Shown piece after piece: positions 15,956 to 25,470 of a stretch of 64,000 bases of DNA (its first letter is position 1; the number at the start of each line of letters is the position of its first letter). The stretch is from a virus (taxonomy: Duplodnaviria; Heunggongvirae; Uroviricota; Caudoviricetes), in the IMG/VR virus record IMGVR_UViG_3300027759_003944; one strand, written 5' to 3'. The position numbers and the translations under genes are program-made. The notes below the pieces were generated by a model. That model was not told the origin of the DNA, ran no database searches, and was given only the letters and a program-made list of their open reading frames with translations.

Positions 15956-16665
15956 AACACATAGGACGACACGGCGACCGCAAGGTTGCAATCATATTTA
16001 GAGAACTTCCCGGACAAGAACACATGTGCCTGGTGATCTATCCTGAAACATTGCCAACGCATATTCACAACACTATCATGAGTATTTTGGAATCTGCACC
16101 TGGACAGCAAAGTCCCAACTTGGCTGATGTGTTGCACCGTAACTTGCTACCTGATGGCAGAGTTATTTTACAAGCCTTGCACAACGAAGGCATGTTGAAG
16201 AAGATCAACACCAACCAGGTGATTGTCACGCCCACTGCACAAAGCAATGTCAAACTGGACGAACTTAATCGCATTGTGAAAGAAATGGAATCAGGTGCCG
16301 AGGCTCTCAAACGCATGCAGGAACTGGATGCCAACGCTGGCTTTGTAGACCCTGCTGTGAAACGCAAGGCAGAAAAAGCATTCAAAGAAGGTCGCATTGC
16401 CGACGCTGAAGCCATAGTTGCACCATTGGTCGCTCCTGCTACTGGCGCATTAGATGACCAGTCACTGGCGGCCAACATGTTGGCCCAGGCCAAGAAGATG
16501 GAAGTAGATGCTAAAGGACTGGTTGCCGAAGCTGCTAGAATGAAAAAAGAAGCACAGAAGATGTTTCCTGCTGTGAACATGAAATCTGTTAAACCTGTAC
16601 CTGTTGCCGAAGTACCTGCAAAAACACGCAGTCGCAAGAAGGCAGCGGCTGATGCAGTTCAGTGA
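15952..16665 (+). CDS. hypothetical protein with Ala/Lys/Glu-rich C-terminal region (237 aa)
   Basis: ORF. Confidence 0.5.
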   Translation: MKHIGRHGDRKVAIIFRELPGQEHMCLVIYPETLPTHIHNTIMSILESAPGQQSPNLADVLHRNLLPDGRVILQALHNEGMLKKINTNQVIVTPTAQSNVKLDELNRIVKEMESGAEALKRMQELDANAGFVDPAVKRKAEKAFKEGRIADAEAIVAPLVAPATGALDDQSLAANMLAQAKKMEVDAKGLVAEAARMKKEAQKMFPAVNMKSVKPVPVAEVPAKTRSRKKAAADAVQ

Positions 16666-16954
16666 TGAGTTTTTGGAACGCTGGGAACACATCATTGACG
16701 ATGTAGATATCACAGACGTTCCACTTGAGTGTATCAAAAAAGTTGTGGTCAAGTTGCATGGTAAGAAACAACGTACCATCAATCTCGATCTACTACGACG
16801 ACAAGGTCTTGACTTTGATGAAATTGAAACTGTGATGTCAAGAACCTTGTCTGATCTTGGCGAGCAAGTGCGTGACGTTGATTTTATATTAGATGTTGGT
16901 GCTATCGCTACTATTGTACAACCTGAAACAGACAAACTACTCAAAGATTTATGA
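16652..16954 (+). CDS. hypothetical protein (100 aa)
   Basis: ATG 16652 overlapping previous stop. Confidence 0.4.
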   Translation: MQFSDEFLERWEHIIDDVDITDVPLECIKKVVVKLHGKKQRTINLDLLRRQGLDFDEIETVMSRTLSDLGEQVRDVDFILDVGAIATIVQPETDKLLKDL

Positions 16955-17223
16955 CTTGGTTTAATTCTCAACACCTGCAACAGGCATCAGCATACGCTGA
17001 TAGACAGAAAAATAATCCAGTGTTGAATTACTTTTGGCATTTTGCACTGTCGATGACCGAAGCCGGTAAATTACTTTTTTTAGCACTAGGCAGTGTTGTT
17101 CATGCAATTTTTCCCTGGGTATTAAATTTCAAATTGTTAGAGTGGCGTGTGAATGCTCTTGAAACTTTAAAAAATAATTTCCCTAACGATCCAATTCTTA
17201 AAAAAATTAATTTTGACAAATGA
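16951..17223 (+). CDS. hypothetical membrane-associated protein (90 aa)
   Basis: ORF, ATGA overlaps on both sides. Confidence 0.4.
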   Translation: MTWFNSQHLQQASAYADRQKNNPVLNYFWHFALSMTEAGKLLFLALGSVVHAIFPWVLNFKLLEWRVNALETLKNNFPNDPILKKINFDK

Positions 17224-17900
17224 ATGTTCAATTACTCAGTTATAGCCAACCTACCGCAGAATTTGCAAGCCAAGGCATTGCAGATGCACAGGAACTCATC
17301 GCGTACTGCGCCCGTGTCAGCAATCCCTCCAACCAATTCAACACAGACACTAGTGAGAAACTCATTAGGTACTTGGTCAAGCACCAGCACTGGAGTCCCC
17401 TTGAAATGGTTTCAGCTTGCATGGAAATTACGACAACAAGAGATATTGCGCGGCAAATGCTTAGACACCGAAGTTTCAGCTTCCAAGAGTTTTCGCAACG
17501 CTATGCTGACCCAACGCAGGATCTTGAATTCGTACTACGTGAAGCGCGACTGCAAGACACCACAAATAGACAAAACAGCATAGAGCTTGTGCTAGACAAT
17601 CCTGAAGCACGTAACTTGGCCACAGGTTGGGAACGTGCTCAAACTCGTGTTAAACTTGCTGCCATAGAAGCCTACCGCTGGGCCATAGACAATGGCATTG
17701 CCAAGGAACAGGCTAGAGCCGTACTACCCGAAGGCATGATGAGCAGTCGCTTGTACATGAATGGCACATTACGTAGTTGGATTCACTTTATTGAATTGCG
17801 ATCAGCAAATGGTACACAAAAAGAGCACCAAGCTGTGGCCCGAGCCTGTGCTGAAGCTATTGCGGCAATCTTCCCAATGGCATCGACATTGGCAGAGTAA
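17220..17900 (+). CDS. thyX: flavin-dependent thymidylate synthase ThyX
   Basis: Signature RHRSFSFQEFSQRY (RHRxxSxxxxSxRY) plus N-terminal ELIAYCARVSNPS region. Confidence 0.85.
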   Translation: MNVQLLSYSQPTAEFASQGIADAQELIAYCARVSNPSNQFNTDTSEKLIRYLVKHQHWSPLEMVSACMEITTTRDIARQMLRHRSFSFQEFSQRYADPTQDLEFVLREARLQDTTNRQNSIELVLDNPEARNLATGWERAQTRVKLAAIEAYRWAIDNGIAKEQARAVLPEGMMSSRLYMNGTLRSWIHFIELRSANGTQKEHQAVARACAEAIAAIFPMASTLAE

Positions 17901-17916
17901 TCTGTTACAATGTTGC

Positions 17917-18240
17917 ATGTCAACAACACGCAACGATTACCACGCATACAAGCAATATCAAGAGCCAGAATACCGAATTGTCAACGATCACGTTGTGCGT
18001 TTCAGTGATATTTGTGTACACGAGTTTAACATGGGCGATGTAGAAGATCCTGACTTATACGCGGCCCAGCCACTTTGGGAATGGCAAGAAAGCGAAGCTG
18101 GAAAGTTTGTCATGGAACATGCTGTGGAAACACCTTACTGGATTCGTCAAGCCGATATACACAGTTATGGTTATCAGTACAAAATCATCGCCAGACTCAG
18201 CGAGCCAAATCAAACATTTTTTAAGTTGAAATTCAAATGA
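17917..18240 (+). CDS. hypothetical protein (107 aa)
   Basis: ATG 17917 within track ORF; ATGA overlap downstream. Confidence 0.4.
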   Translation: MSTTRNDYHAYKQYQEPEYRIVNDHVVRFSDICVHEFNMGDVEDPDLYAAQPLWEWQESEAGKFVMEHAVETPYWIRQADIHSYGYQYKIIARLSEPNQTFFKLKFK

Positions 18241-18764
18241 ATTACTGCAAAGAATTGTTGTGCAATAACTATGAAGAAATCAATCAAGAAATTCTTAATT
18301 TTATAACATCAACAGTTGACATTGAACATACTCAACATTTTTGGAATCCTATACCTGTTGTATCTTTTGTAAAAAACACACCATTGTTTCAAGAATGGTG
18401 CAAATTCAATGGAGTGCAAATTAAAGCCGTAGCAGTCACCATCGGTAAACATGAAAACTGTTGCGGCGTTCATACTGATACTCCTCCTGCTGTTTTTAAA
18501 TTAAGTTGGCCTATTAAAAATACTGATTGTTCTTGGAATAGATGGTTTGCTGAGCAAGTAGATAATTGTACTGTAGAGATAAATCATTTGGGCGGGAAAT
18601 CATATTTAGACATATCTCAATTAAAAGAAATTGCTCGTAAAAAAGTCGACCGTCCCATGTTAATAAATGCTGGTATACCGCATGATGTATGGTTTGAAAC
18701 AAATTCAAAATTTCCTCGACTGGGCCTTCAGTGTCAATTAATGAAAGAGCCTGCTGAATTATGA
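18237..18764 (+). CDS. hypothetical protein (possible cupin/2OG-Fe oxygenase-like HxD...H), AT-rich
   Basis: GVHTDTP and later IPHDV histidines; weak. Confidence 0.35.
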   Translation: MNYCKELLCNNYEEINQEILNFITSTVDIEHTQHFWNPIPVVSFVKNTPLFQEWCKFNGVQIKAVAVTIGKHENCCGVHTDTPPAVFKLSWPIKNTDCSWNRWFAEQVDNCTVEINHLGGKSYLDISQLKEIARKKVDRPMLINAGIPHDVWFETNSKFPRLGLQCQLMKEPAEL

Positions 18765-19477
18765 AGCAGTTAATTACAGGCGGATGCAGTTTTAGCGAAT
18801 GTTGCGGTCATGCTGGTACTTGGCCTCGTCACCTGTCAACTGCATTATATGACTACGAACATGTTAGTACAGCAATGGGCAGTCAAGGCAATGGTTTAAT
18901 CAGTCGCAAAGTGATATACCAGGTTACTGAAACATTAAAGCATACAGCCGCCCGAGATATCCTGGTGGGCATCATGTGGTCAGGACCTGATAGACATGAC
19001 TTTTATCAGTTAGGCAACCGACAGTTCGACAACCAAGACGGTTGGATGGAGAATCCCACACGTTTTGTGCCTAACGGGCAAGGTGCCTGGACCATTGTTA
19101 GTTCCGGTTGGCGTATGCCTGAATCGGCTAATTACTTTGTAAACTTTCATGATTTCATCGGGCAATACATTTACACATTAGAGCACATATTACGCACCCA
19201 ATGGTTTTTAAAATCTGCAGGTGTTAGATATTTCATGAGTACGTATACCAGTGCTGTGCTGCCTGAGATTGCACGAACACACAATGACACAAGACATCTG
19301 TATGAACTGGTTGATACTGATACGTTTTTGCCTGTGACTGGCGAGTATGAATGGTGCAGAGATCATTCAGGATTGCCTTTTCCCGTACCTACAGATCCGC
19401 ACCCTGGTGTGGAACAACATCAAGCATTTGTCAACCAAATCATCCTTCCTTATTTGAAAGAAAGAAACTTAGCATGA
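18761..19477 (+). CDS. hypothetical protein (238 aa; possible SGNH-type hydrolase, weak)
   Basis: ITGGCSFSE near N-terminus. Confidence 0.35.
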   Translation: MKQLITGGCSFSECCGHAGTWPRHLSTALYDYEHVSTAMGSQGNGLISRKVIYQVTETLKHTAARDILVGIMWSGPDRHDFYQLGNRQFDNQDGWMENPTRFVPNGQGAWTIVSSGWRMPESANYFVNFHDFIGQYIYTLEHILRTQWFLKSAGVRYFMSTYTSAVLPEIARTHNDTRHLYELVDTDTFLPVTGEYEWCRDHSGLPFPVPTDPHPGVEQHQAFVNQIILPYLKERNLA

Positions 19478-20442
19478 CATTTTTAGTAACAGGCGGCCTA
19501 GGCCTTATTGGACACAACATAGTGACACGATTGCAAGCATATGAGTCGGTTGTGGTTGTAGACAATAAAACCACATATGGTATTATTCCTCAAGCAGAAA
19601 TTGATTATCTAATGACTGAGCGCCGAAAGAAGATTGCCGAGGGAACACCAATCTATACAATTGATATTGTAGACGCTGACAACGTTGATTTTGTGATGAG
19701 CAAACACAAACCCAAAGTTGTGATTCACTGTGCCAGTTTTCCCCGACAGAAAGTTGTCAATGCCAACCCTGCGCTGGGTGCAGACGTAATGATGCGTGGT
19801 TTGATCAACTTGCTTGAGAGTGCCAAAAAACACAAAATTGAACGGTTTGTGTACATCAGTAGCAGTATGGTGTACGGAGACTTTGAAGACCAAGTGTTGG
19901 AAGATGATCTATGCCGTCCGCAAGGGCAGTATGGAATAATGAAACTATGTGGAGAAGACCTTGTTAAAGATTATAGCCGCCGTTGTGGCTTTGAGTATGT
20001 TATTATCCGCCCCAGTGCTGTATATGGGCCACTTGATGTTGAAGACCGAGTTGTTGCCAAATTCATGCTCACAGCAATGCGCGGCGGAGTGCTCCGAGTT
20101 AATGGAGCAAACGAAACACTAGACTTTACCTATGTGGATGATGCCGCAGATGGTATTGTGTCAGCAGCCACACGTATCATGTGCCGCAACATGACATTCA
20201 ACATCACCAAGTCACACTCAGTAAGTCTGTTACAAGCGGCAGAAATGATTGTGAAAATTGTGGGCAAGGGTACAATTGAAGTGCGGGACAAAGACACAGA
20301 CTTTCCCAGCCGCGGTGCGCTAAACATTGATCGTGCTCGAACCATCTTGAGTTTTGATCCAAAAGTAGACGTAGAAGAAGGATTCCAAAAGTATTATGAG
20401 TGGCTTAACAGTTCCGTTTACTGGACTACAAAAACAGTATAA
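19474..20442 (+). CDS. NAD-dependent sugar epimerase/dehydratase (SDR family)
   Basis: VTGGLGLIGHNIV Rossmann GxxGxxG; YxxxK-type region; 322 aa. Confidence 0.75.
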   Translation: MTFLVTGGLGLIGHNIVTRLQAYESVVVVDNKTTYGIIPQAEIDYLMTERRKKIAEGTPIYTIDIVDADNVDFVMSKHKPKVVIHCASFPRQKVVNANPALGADVMMRGLINLLESAKKHKIERFVYISSSMVYGDFEDQVLEDDLCRPQGQYGIMKLCGEDLVKDYSRRCGFEYVIIRPSAVYGPLDVEDRVVAKFMLTAMRGGVLRVNGANETLDFTYVDDAADGIVSAATRIMCRNMTFNITKSHSVSLLQAAEMIVKIVGKGTIEVRDKDTDFPSRGALNIDRARTILSFDPKVDVEEGFQKYYEWLNSSVYWTTKTV

Positions 20443-21475
20443 CAATCTTCGCACAGAGATCTTGGATGCGACAGATACAGTGTTGCGTTCAGGGTCTCTC
20501 ATGAGTGGCAATTACACTTATGAGTTTGAAGACTGGCTGGCTCGACGCAATCATCAACCCTATGCTGTGACCTGCCACTCAGGTACACAGGCTCTGGAGA
20601 TCATCGCCGAGTGGTATCGAACTGGTTGGAATACTACTCCCACTGTGGCTGTGCCCACGCTGACTTATCCAGCCACACTCAACGCATTTGTGCGAGCAGG
20701 CTGGAACTTGCACATTGTGGACACTGATCGATATGGTGTGATGGACATGACCAAACTTGCTCACGTGGCAGACATTCACGCTATATGCAGTGTGGGTCTG
20801 TATGGGCAATCTGTACAGCGCATGATGCAGAATTTATGGACGTTGACACACCCTGTGATTGAGGATGGCGCACAACATTGGCTCAGCAATGATTGCAAAC
20901 GCATAGGCGACTGTGCCATCAGTTTTGATCCCACAAAGAATCTGGCCAACTACGGCAATGGTGGCGCTGTGATCACTGCCAATCGTGAGTTGATGGAATT
21001 TGCTAGAAACTGGGTCAGTAACGGCAAGCACACAAAACATGCTGAAACAGGCACCAACAGTAGAATGAGTGAAACGGATTCGGCGCAGATGTTGGTCAAG
21101 ACTCGTTACATTGATCAGTGGCAACAACGTAGACGCACCATTGCTCAACACTGGATGGAGATGTTGAAACAAAATCCTGATATCACTTGTTTAATTGATG
21201 ACACCAACTTTGATCAACACTGCTTTCACAAGTTTGTAATACATACAGACAACCGAGATATACTACAACGTAATCTTGCCTTGCGTGGCGTTGAGACCAA
21301 AGTGCATTATGCAACACCCATGCATGAGTTGCCAGCATATCAACACTATCCCGGACCAGACTTGCTGAGTGCTGGCAGCAGTCTAGCACGTAGATGTCTT
21401 TCACTTCCGATCTACCCTGAACTGTCAGACTTGGAAGTTGAATACGTTATTGATTCTTTGCTCGATTGTGTCTAA
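20396..21475 (+). CDS. DegT/DnrJ/EryC1/StrS-family PLP-dependent sugar aminotransferase
   Basis: N-terminal LQKQYNNLRTEILDATDTVLRSGS..., SGTQALEIIA, later lysine-containing region; 359 aa; start may be later than 20396. Confidence 0.7.
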   Translation: MSGLTVPFTGLQKQYNNLRTEILDATDTVLRSGSLMSGNYTYEFEDWLARRNHQPYAVTCHSGTQALEIIAEWYRTGWNTTPTVAVPTLTYPATLNAFVRAGWNLHIVDTDRYGVMDMTKLAHVADIHAICSVGLYGQSVQRMMQNLWTLTHPVIEDGAQHWLSNDCKRIGDCAISFDPTKNLANYGNGGAVITANRELMEFARNWVSNGKHTKHAETGTNSRMSETDSAQMLVKTRYIDQWQQRRRTIAQHWMEMLKQNPDITCLIDDTNFDQHCFHKFVIHTDNRDILQRNLALRGVETKVHYATPMHELPAYQHYPGPDLLSAGSSLARRCLSLPIYPELSDLEVEYVIDSLLDCV

Positions 21476-22092
21476 TGTACAAAGTTTATATTATTTCATT
21501 AATAAATGCAAATGCAGGCATTCACTCACAATCAGCGTCACGTAGATATCATAATACAATAAAATCCTGTCAGGAATATCAATGGCCGGTTGAGCTTTTT
21601 AATGCTGTTAATGGATACAACTTAACAGAAAATGTATGGAGTGAGTACCATTTACTTCCACCAAAAAAATCAACAAAGCATTTGGATAAATTTGGAAATT
21701 TACCCGGGGCACACGGATGTTTTTTAAGTCACTTTACTCTGTGGAATCAATGCATAAGTTTAAATGAACCAATTGTAATTTTAGAAGACGATTCTGAAAT
21801 ATTGTCACCATTAACTGAAATTAGCACTGAGTTTGATTTGTTAAAATTAACACGCCCTTACGCTTTACATCAAAGTTCTAAACTAGGCACATGGTCTGCA
21901 GGTGCTTCTGCTTATTGGTTATCACCAATTGGAGCAAAAAAATTAGTAGAATTTTCGACTACACAAGGTCCAGGACATGCTGATAAATTAATGGGATCAA
22001 ATATTTTAAACTGGGGATACATACCATCCCCCATTGTAAAAATATCACCTACTAAAGGTAGTAGTACCAATCCAATCAATCATCCTTACTAA
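21475..22092 (+). CDS. glycosyltransferase family 25-like (LPS beta-1,4-galactosyltransferase-type)
   Basis: VYIISL...R, FNAVNG, GCFLSHFTLW, ILEDD motifs; AT-rich. Confidence 0.55.
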   Translation: MYKVYIISLINANAGIHSQSASRRYHNTIKSCQEYQWPVELFNAVNGYNLTENVWSEYHLLPPKKSTKHLDKFGNLPGAHGCFLSHFTLWNQCISLNEPIVILEDDSEILSPLTEISTEFDLLKLTRPYALHQSSKLGTWSAGASAYWLSPIGAKKLVEFSTTQGPGHADKLMGSNILNWGYIPSPIVKISPTKGSSTNPINHPY

Positions 22093-24293
22093 GGTACCAA
22101 ACTGCGTTTGACGAACGCATACGTGGCCAACCAATCCCACTCGTAACTCTTTTTCAGCGCCGCAAAGTCACCGCTGACTGAGTCATAGTACTCCACACCA
22201 TCTTCTGCACCTTTGCGACTCCATTGCCCTTCTGTGGTATCAACAGTGAGCCACCGGTTGAGTCTGTGCTCGCTTTCCACATCAGGCAAACTGGCTTTTA
22301 ATTTGAGCACTTCACGAAATGCAGTGCGCCAACACATCCAGTCCGAATCATGATACATGGCTGTGCCCGACACAATGGGCACAACTTCATGTGGTTGGTC
22401 CAGGGTAAAGTCTAATCCTTGCCCAGTATTCTCCAACACCAGCTGCTTGTTGTAAGCAATCATGGCCTGGTGTCCATATATCAATCCGTTCACAGGATTG
22501 TGTGCATGAAAGATATAGTGCTTGGGTTGTTGCATGCGATCCGGTTGCCAGGACCAGTCAAAATCTCTAGTGACTTCTAGTTTGGCAAACACAGCAAAAA
22601 ACCAAGGTGTAGTACTTTGTCTAGCAGCCGCTTGATATGCTGCCACACGACCATTCACACCCGACACATGATGCATGAGATTCTTATGATTTGCGTCGTG
22701 GGCTGTGTATTCCAAATGTTCAAAGTAAATTTCGGCATTTATTTCACCGTTGCTGATAAACACAATGTCTAATGGAGAGTCTTTCAACATGCGCTGTGTA
22801 CGATCTATATGAGCATAGTCATACAATTGTGTCTTTATGTAAGGAACAGCCACCCGGGGAACAACTACTGTGCCTGCACCACTCCCAACAGGCACAATGG
22901 TCTTGGTCTCTTGCCGCCATAATGGCACAGTCACTAGATTACCCTGTACATAGTCATGATTGGTAAAGGTGGCCACGGGGCCTGCCCAGTCAGTTGTTTT
23001 TACTGCATCTACTTGACTATCAGCACTATGCACAATCACTGGCATAGATCTACGTGGTACAGCGGTGTTGACAAAGTTCACATCATACCACTCTAGTAAC
23101 GCTTTCTTTTCAGCGCGGGCAGCAAATGTGGGTACATGCATGAAGAAGGTGTCTCCAAACTTTTCATTATCTGACTTGAACACATGCAACATTGTGGCCT
23201 GCCATTGTTCGGGGTGCCACGAAAAGTCAAAGACAGTGTAGTCGCAAATGCTTGAGCATATCCACACAAACTCATGTTCAGTGCCTATGCTCTTGGCAAT
23301 GCGTATTAGTGTATCTCGGTAGTTGTCAAAGTAACGCACAGTGCGTGTGGTGTTGGGAATTTGTCCAGCTGAGCCGCATAGGTGATCTATTTCGTAGATG
23401 GCTGTGGCATTGCTGGCAATTTTTGCACGTATCTGATCCACATACTTGATTTCTACAGCACCAGGTACTGTGTACACTGGACCACCTGTGCGTTGATGCT
23501 GAGTGGCAAATTGATATATGTACGGAGGATCGCCTGGGTCAGGCCTCCACGAAAAGTCCACTGTGGATTCATCTATGCTGTTGGGCACAGTCCAAGCAGT
23601 TCGATCTTCCGGCAACTCTGCACGTGGCCAGTTCACATACTTGCGTTCTGTAGCACCTGGCACATGATATTCCACTGTGGGCATTTTTTCTGCTGACCAC
23701 CATTGATTACCAAATACGTAAACATAAGGCGGGTCTCCAGGATCTGGACACCAACTACGGTCCCAGTTACACTCCACTAGAGTGTGCCAGCGACTGGCAT
23801 GTCGTTCAGGCAACCGTGCCTGTGGGTTGTCTATGTATTTGGTTTGTGTGGCTCCGGGCACATGATATTCCACAGTGGGCATCACCGTGCCAGGCCACCA
23901 TTGATTACCAAATACGTAAACATAAGGCGGGTCATGTGGATGTGGTGCCCAAGACGTATCAAATTCCGCGTCCTTTACTAAAAATTTGTAAGGTTTGAGA
24001 TGACTACGATTAAGAATTGTTTGAGCATGAAAGTGATAGTTGTCCACAGCACCTGTTCTTGGCACCAGATACGTGCCCGAATGATCATGCCATTGGCTGG
24101 GCCATGCATGAGTAAATTCGCTTTGCCATGGCACTGGTTCCCAAAGAAAATCAAAGCCAGTATAATCCGCTAAGTATGTGATCCACCAGAAATATCTAGT
24201 GCGACTCAGACTCTGCGCATGTTCAAATGACTCAGCAGGCCGTTCGTGTGCAAACACTCCGGGTTTTTTACCAGAATAAAATACATCAAACAT
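22089..24293 (-). CDS. 734-aa protein with about six tandem roughly 45-aa repeats (F/D-x-SW-x-PDPGDPPYVYVFGNQWW...TVEYHVPGA)
   Basis: Three near-identical and three degenerate repeat units visible in translation; no recognisable catalytic motif. Confidence 0.6.
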   Translation of the reverse strand: MFDVFYSGKKPGVFAHERPAESFEHAQSLSRTRYFWWITYLADYTGFDFLWEPVPWQSEFTHAWPSQWHDHSGTYLVPRTGAVDNYHFHAQTILNRSHLKPYKFLVKDAEFDTSWAPHPHDPPYVYVFGNQWWPGTVMPTVEYHVPGATQTKYIDNPQARLPERHASRWHTLVECNWDRSWCPDPGDPPYVYVFGNQWWSAEKMPTVEYHVPGATERKYVNWPRAELPEDRTAWTVPNSIDESTVDFSWRPDPGDPPYIYQFATQHQRTGGPVYTVPGAVEIKYVDQIRAKIASNATAIYEIDHLCGSAGQIPNTTRTVRYFDNYRDTLIRIAKSIGTEHEFVWICSSICDYTVFDFSWHPEQWQATMLHVFKSDNEKFGDTFFMHVPTFAARAEKKALLEWYDVNFVNTAVPRRSMPVIVHSADSQVDAVKTTDWAGPVATFTNHDYVQGNLVTVPLWRQETKTIVPVGSGAGTVVVPRVAVPYIKTQLYDYAHIDRTQRMLKDSPLDIVFISNGEINAEIYFEHLEYTAHDANHKNLMHHVSGVNGRVAAYQAAARQSTTPWFFAVFAKLEVTRDFDWSWQPDRMQQPKHYIFHAHNPVNGLIYGHQAMIAYNKQLVLENTGQGLDFTLDQPHEVVPIVSGTAMYHDSDWMCWRTAFREVLKLKASLPDVESEHRLNRWLTVDTTEGQWSRKGAEDGVEYYDSVSGDFAALKKSYEWDWLATYAFVKRSLVP

Positions 24294-25470
24294 GATTAGA
24301 ATTGACGAAATCTATAACAATACATTTTGGCCTTGGATTAAGAAACATCATCCTGGAGTGAGATTATGGTGGTGCGAACCATTCGGTAGGACTGATCCTG
24401 ACAGCTTAGTTAATTATGGCAGTGATGACATACATGAACACAATTATACACTGTTATGGGACCAAGAGCCTATTCATTTGAACGTGCATCTACCCACTTT
24501 TGAATCTGTGGCGGAGAAAAATTCTGATTTTGCCAAGACTTGGCAACATAAACAACGTAACCAAGAGCACCTACACAACAAACTGCGCAAAATAACTGAT
24601 ATGCCACCTTGGATTCTTAAAGAAAAAAAATTCGGATCAATCATCACCAGCGAACGTGACAGTGACACTGTTGACGCTGTATGCAAAAAATTTGGTTGGC
24701 ATAGTTATTATTATTTTTTTCATGGCTGGGCTGCTTTAGACTGGTATCGAGGATATGACAAGACTTTTTTGATCACTCCCTGGCAAGAAAGAACAATTAC
24801 CCAAACATTCCTGGCACCCAATCGAATTGTGGCAGGAGCACGTGAGCACAGATTAGAAATGTTGTATTGGATATTTAAACTTGGTATGAACAACAATCAT
24901 GTATCTTGTCCTGCTGTATGTCCAGCAGAAAACATTGCCATACTAGATGCCGTACAGCCTCTTAGAGACCAGTACCCTGACATTGAAACAGTGTTTGCCC
25001 AACAGGCATTGCCCCGAAACTTTGAGGGGGAAATTGATCATCCCATGCATTCATGTTGGCTCAGTTTGTTTGATGAATCAGCTGAAAGTTTGTTATACTT
25101 GGTTACTGAAACTGTGGCTACAGGTCGCAGACATCACTTGACTGAAAAAACATTCAAACCCATTGCCTTGGGTATGCCGTTTATGATTGTGGGCACACAG
25201 GGCAGTTTGCGGTATTTGCGCAGTTATGGTTTCCGAACATTTGGTGACCTGTGGGATGAAAGTTATGATGACGAACCAGATGACTCAAAGCGCATAGAAA
25301 AAATTGCACAGGTATTGAAGCAGTTAGAACAAAGTGATCGCCAGGCCATATTTGAATCTGCACATGATGTTATTGCGCACAATTGGAATCATTTTTACAA
25401 CGGCGGTTTTGAACAAATACTATGGCAAGAATTGCAGGACATGTTGAATGAGCTTGAATTTAATAGCTGA
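24292..25470 (+). CDS. GT10-like (alpha-1,3-fucosyltransferase-like) glycosyltransferase, paralogue 1
   Basis: C-terminal block LSLFDESAESLLYLVTET...TEKTFKPIALGMPFMIVG...GFRTFGDL resembles the FucT FxLxFENS...YVTEK...P...VDDF motif. Confidence 0.5.
   Translation: MIRIDEIYNNTFWPWIKKHHPGVRLWWCEPFGRTDPDSLVNYGSDDIHEHNYTLLWDQEPIHLNVHLPTFESVAEKNSDFAKTWQHKQRNQEHLHNKLRKITDMPPWILKEKKFGSIITSERDSDTVDAVCKKFGWHSYYYFFHGWAALDWYRGYDKTFLITPWQERTITQTFLAPNRIVAGAREHRLEMLYWIFKLGMNNNHVSCPAVCPAENIAILDAVQPLRDQYPDIETVFAQQALPRNFEGEIDHPMHSCWLSLFDESAESLLYLVTETVATGRRHHLTEKTFKPIALGMPFMIVGTQGSLRYLRSYGFRTFGDLWDESYDDEPDDSKRIEKIAQVLKQLEQSDRQAIFESAHDVIAHNWNHFYNGGFEQILWQELQDMLNELEFNS

Noticed and set aside
16065-16980. Minus-strand ORFs (190 aa and 172 aa) rich in Ser/Ala/Thr
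   Set aside because: Antisense to the plus-strand genes 15952-16954, which have proper overlaps and coupling; low-complexity translation typical of antisense frames.
17224-17583. 119-aa plus-strand ORF overlapping thyX in another frame
   Set aside because: ThyX frame carries the diagnostic RHRxxSxxxxSxRY motif; the alternative frame has no features.
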